Positions 61,446 to 64,000 of a DNA stretch of 64,000 nt are shown here, one piece after another. How positions within the stretch are numbered: position 1 is the stretch's first letter; each line of letters opens with the position of its first letter. Origin of the DNA: Leucoraja erinacea (lineage: Eukaryota); the NCBI RefSeq assembly GCF_028641065.1, contig NC_073393.1, forward strand, positions 16,120,001 through 16,184,000, given 5' to 3'. The position numbers and the translations under genes are program-made. Below the pieces are notes generated by a model. It did not search any database. It was not told the origin of the DNA and saw nothing but the letters and a program-made list of their open reading frames with translations.

Positions 61446-64000
61446 GTGAGCGATCGTTCTCAGCGACATGCTGCCACTTTTGTTTATGAACCTGGTTCGG
61501 GGCAATGTTGATCCGGTGCAGTGCGATAGGAGACTGGAAAGGAATAAAGTAGCTAAAACATATTCCCGTAAAGTTTTCATTTACGATTCATACACTACGT
61601 GTAAATAATGGTCGCTGCCATGCAAAACCTTGCAGCAATGACAGGGGGCACAAGGGAATATTGGTACCGGGCATTGTGAACCACGGGAGACCATGACATG
61701 TATAATAATGGAAGGGGGTATTCGTAAATGAACGCGCCGAATGCACATTTTGTATCATCCCTTTATAATTCCGTGCGGCAAACGCGGGCATCGGCTGAAC
61801 ATATCTGGGGGGGGGGGGGGGGGGTTAAAATCTGGATTGCCGTTGATAGTATTTGTTTTACAAACACTTTTCAGGTGTTCCATCCAAGGGGGATTGCTAT
61901 GCTTTCTACAAACAGCTACTTAATACACAATTCCCGCTACTTAATAAACAATTAGGCTCCCAATTAGTTGCAACATTCCACAGGAAGGGAAATATGGTTA
62001 TTTGGTTATTTCCAGGATAAACTGGAAGAGCTGCCGAAAGGGTGGAAGGCAAATTAACTGGGCTGATGGAAAATGGCGATCTGAGTTATCGATGTATGTT
62101 GGTACATCACTAGTGGTCTGTGTAATATACTAATATACTTCACGGGAGAGTAGCGTATTGATTCATGCTCAAGCATGTTGGGGTAGAATTCTATCTACGC
62201 ACGGGCGCGTTCATTATCCCCTCAGAATGGACTTCCACCCGGGGAACAAAACAAAAATTCCTGGAAAGTCGGGTTGCAATGGGATAATTGCACTGAACTG
62301 TCTCCGGTTAATGCCCTACACGTGCCGTCCGATGGTGCAGTCAATTTAATAACATAAATATATTGGGGAAACTTAATTGGTGCTAACCGCAGTGAACGTA
62401 TCTGGTGCTCTGTATTTAATTTGCTTATTTCCAAAACTGAACAGTTAGTCGCTCGGATAGTATAAACAATATTCTAACTTTAAATTTCCCTTCCCCACCA
62501 GCCGGTTGTATTTGAGATGCATTTGTCTTTAACCGATTGTGTCTGAAGTGGGGCAGTTTGGACTAAATTTGCACAGTTCATTGACATCTTTCGTTTGGTA
62601 ATGTCGCACGAAGTTAAATTACTAATCAAGCCCAGACTCATTCAGCGTTATGTTATTACATACATTGGATTACGTATCGAAAGAATTTCAAAGCCAAATT
62701 GCGAGATTCTACGATTACAAATGGACCAATTCCTCAAACAATCTTACAAAAATATGTGCTAGAGTTGCGCTGTTATTTCAGGGGTCGCGGGTGCCCCGAA
62801 GCGGAAGGATGATGACGGCTACTCGCCCGCTCAAGTTCCATACCTTTATTTTTATTTGATCAGTCCCAAATCTACACATTCAGTTATTCGGTTCTAGAAT
62901 ATTAATCCCATTCCGATTGGAAATTTTAATAATTAAATGTTAAACGTTGAAATATACCAATTTCTCTTCCTTCCCATCCACCAATTGCCCCTGTCTCTAT
63001 TTCAAACCTTGTGTCTTCAGAGGAAAAAGTTGGACGAGTGAATGTGCCAACCAGCGATTGACAAAACAAAAACTTAATTTCTGGACATCTCAATTTTAAT
63101 CGTTATCTGAATAGGCTCCTTTAGGGATTATTTCTGGATATATAAATGATGTAATCTATGTTCTGTAACTTGTGTTTCCAGAAAATCCTGGTTAATTTGT
63201 GCAGTTTACAAGTACTGACACTGGCCTGAAGTTAAATAGCCCTTATTATAATTGCAAGGGACTCATCAGCTTTCATACAACCTACTTTCTTACCGTTTTT
63301 GATTTATAAAAGCCAAATTGACTGACAGACTATCCTCCCAATGCAACATGAGGATATTATTTTATTTAAAGATGTTTCATAGTATTGAGAATGTATGCAT
63401 TATTTCTGTTGCATTCTCTGTCAAAGCATGTGCCTATCCTTTAATAATATGTAATGTTCGCTGCTTTAGATTAAGTATCTATAATTGTATTGGTTTTCTT
63501 TAATTGTAGATGCTTATTAGCATTTTTAACAGAGGATGCAGCAGATAAATTGTACCACTGAAATGCATGATTTAAGCAGACCATCTTACTGTTTAAGAAT
63601 GGGGTTTGGTGGGATGGAGTTAGTGGAAAGGGGTGAGAACAAGTGGCAACAGTGTGAATATTTGGACCAAAGTGTATCATTCCTATAGGTAAAGACCTAT
63701 ATTTCATATGAATGGTCCTGGCAGCCATTTCCCCACATTATCAATTATTATTTAATTATACGATGCAAATTATATATTTTTAATATTCTAAAATGTTTCT
63801 TAATTTATCGGTAATTTATTTGACACTTTGTTACACTTTGTAGACTACAGCTTTGTATGATAATTATGCTAAATTATTTGGCAAGTAGAGTTTATTGACA
63901 TAAGCCCAAATACAGTAAGTTATAAGTACAATGAACAGCTTGCTTACAACAGCATCAAAGGCAGGCAAATTAAACATAAATTATGAAAGCCAGTGCAAAG

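Overview
Eukaryotic, intron-rich DNA, most likely a cartilaginous fish such as a skate or ray. The taxon is inferred from the repeat complement (CR1/HER1-type LINE tails ending ...GCACCTATTTTCTATGTTTCTATG, tRNA-derived V-SINEs, Penelope-like and Helitron fragments). The window holds a complete 13-exon OGFOD1 gene on the + strand (CDS 37132-56862, 546 aa, one GC-AG intron). OGFOD1 sits inside a cluster of at least three related non-rearranging immunoglobulin-superfamily receptor genes. Genes A (~4408-7299) and B (~21060-27601) are on the - strand, each built as leader / germline-joined VJ-type domain / C1-set domain / TM / cytoplasmic exons. Gene C is on the + strand, with only its leader and VJ exon visible (60833-61445). 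The V domains are unusually compact and appear to lack the C''/CDR2 region, like shark VNAR. Downstream of the TM exons are several related phase-1 exon candidates, each with its own stop and some carrying Tyr motifs, which may be alternative cytoplasmic tails. The rest is mostly decayed and nested transposable elements. Exon boundaries were read by eye; the cytoplasmic exons are provisional.
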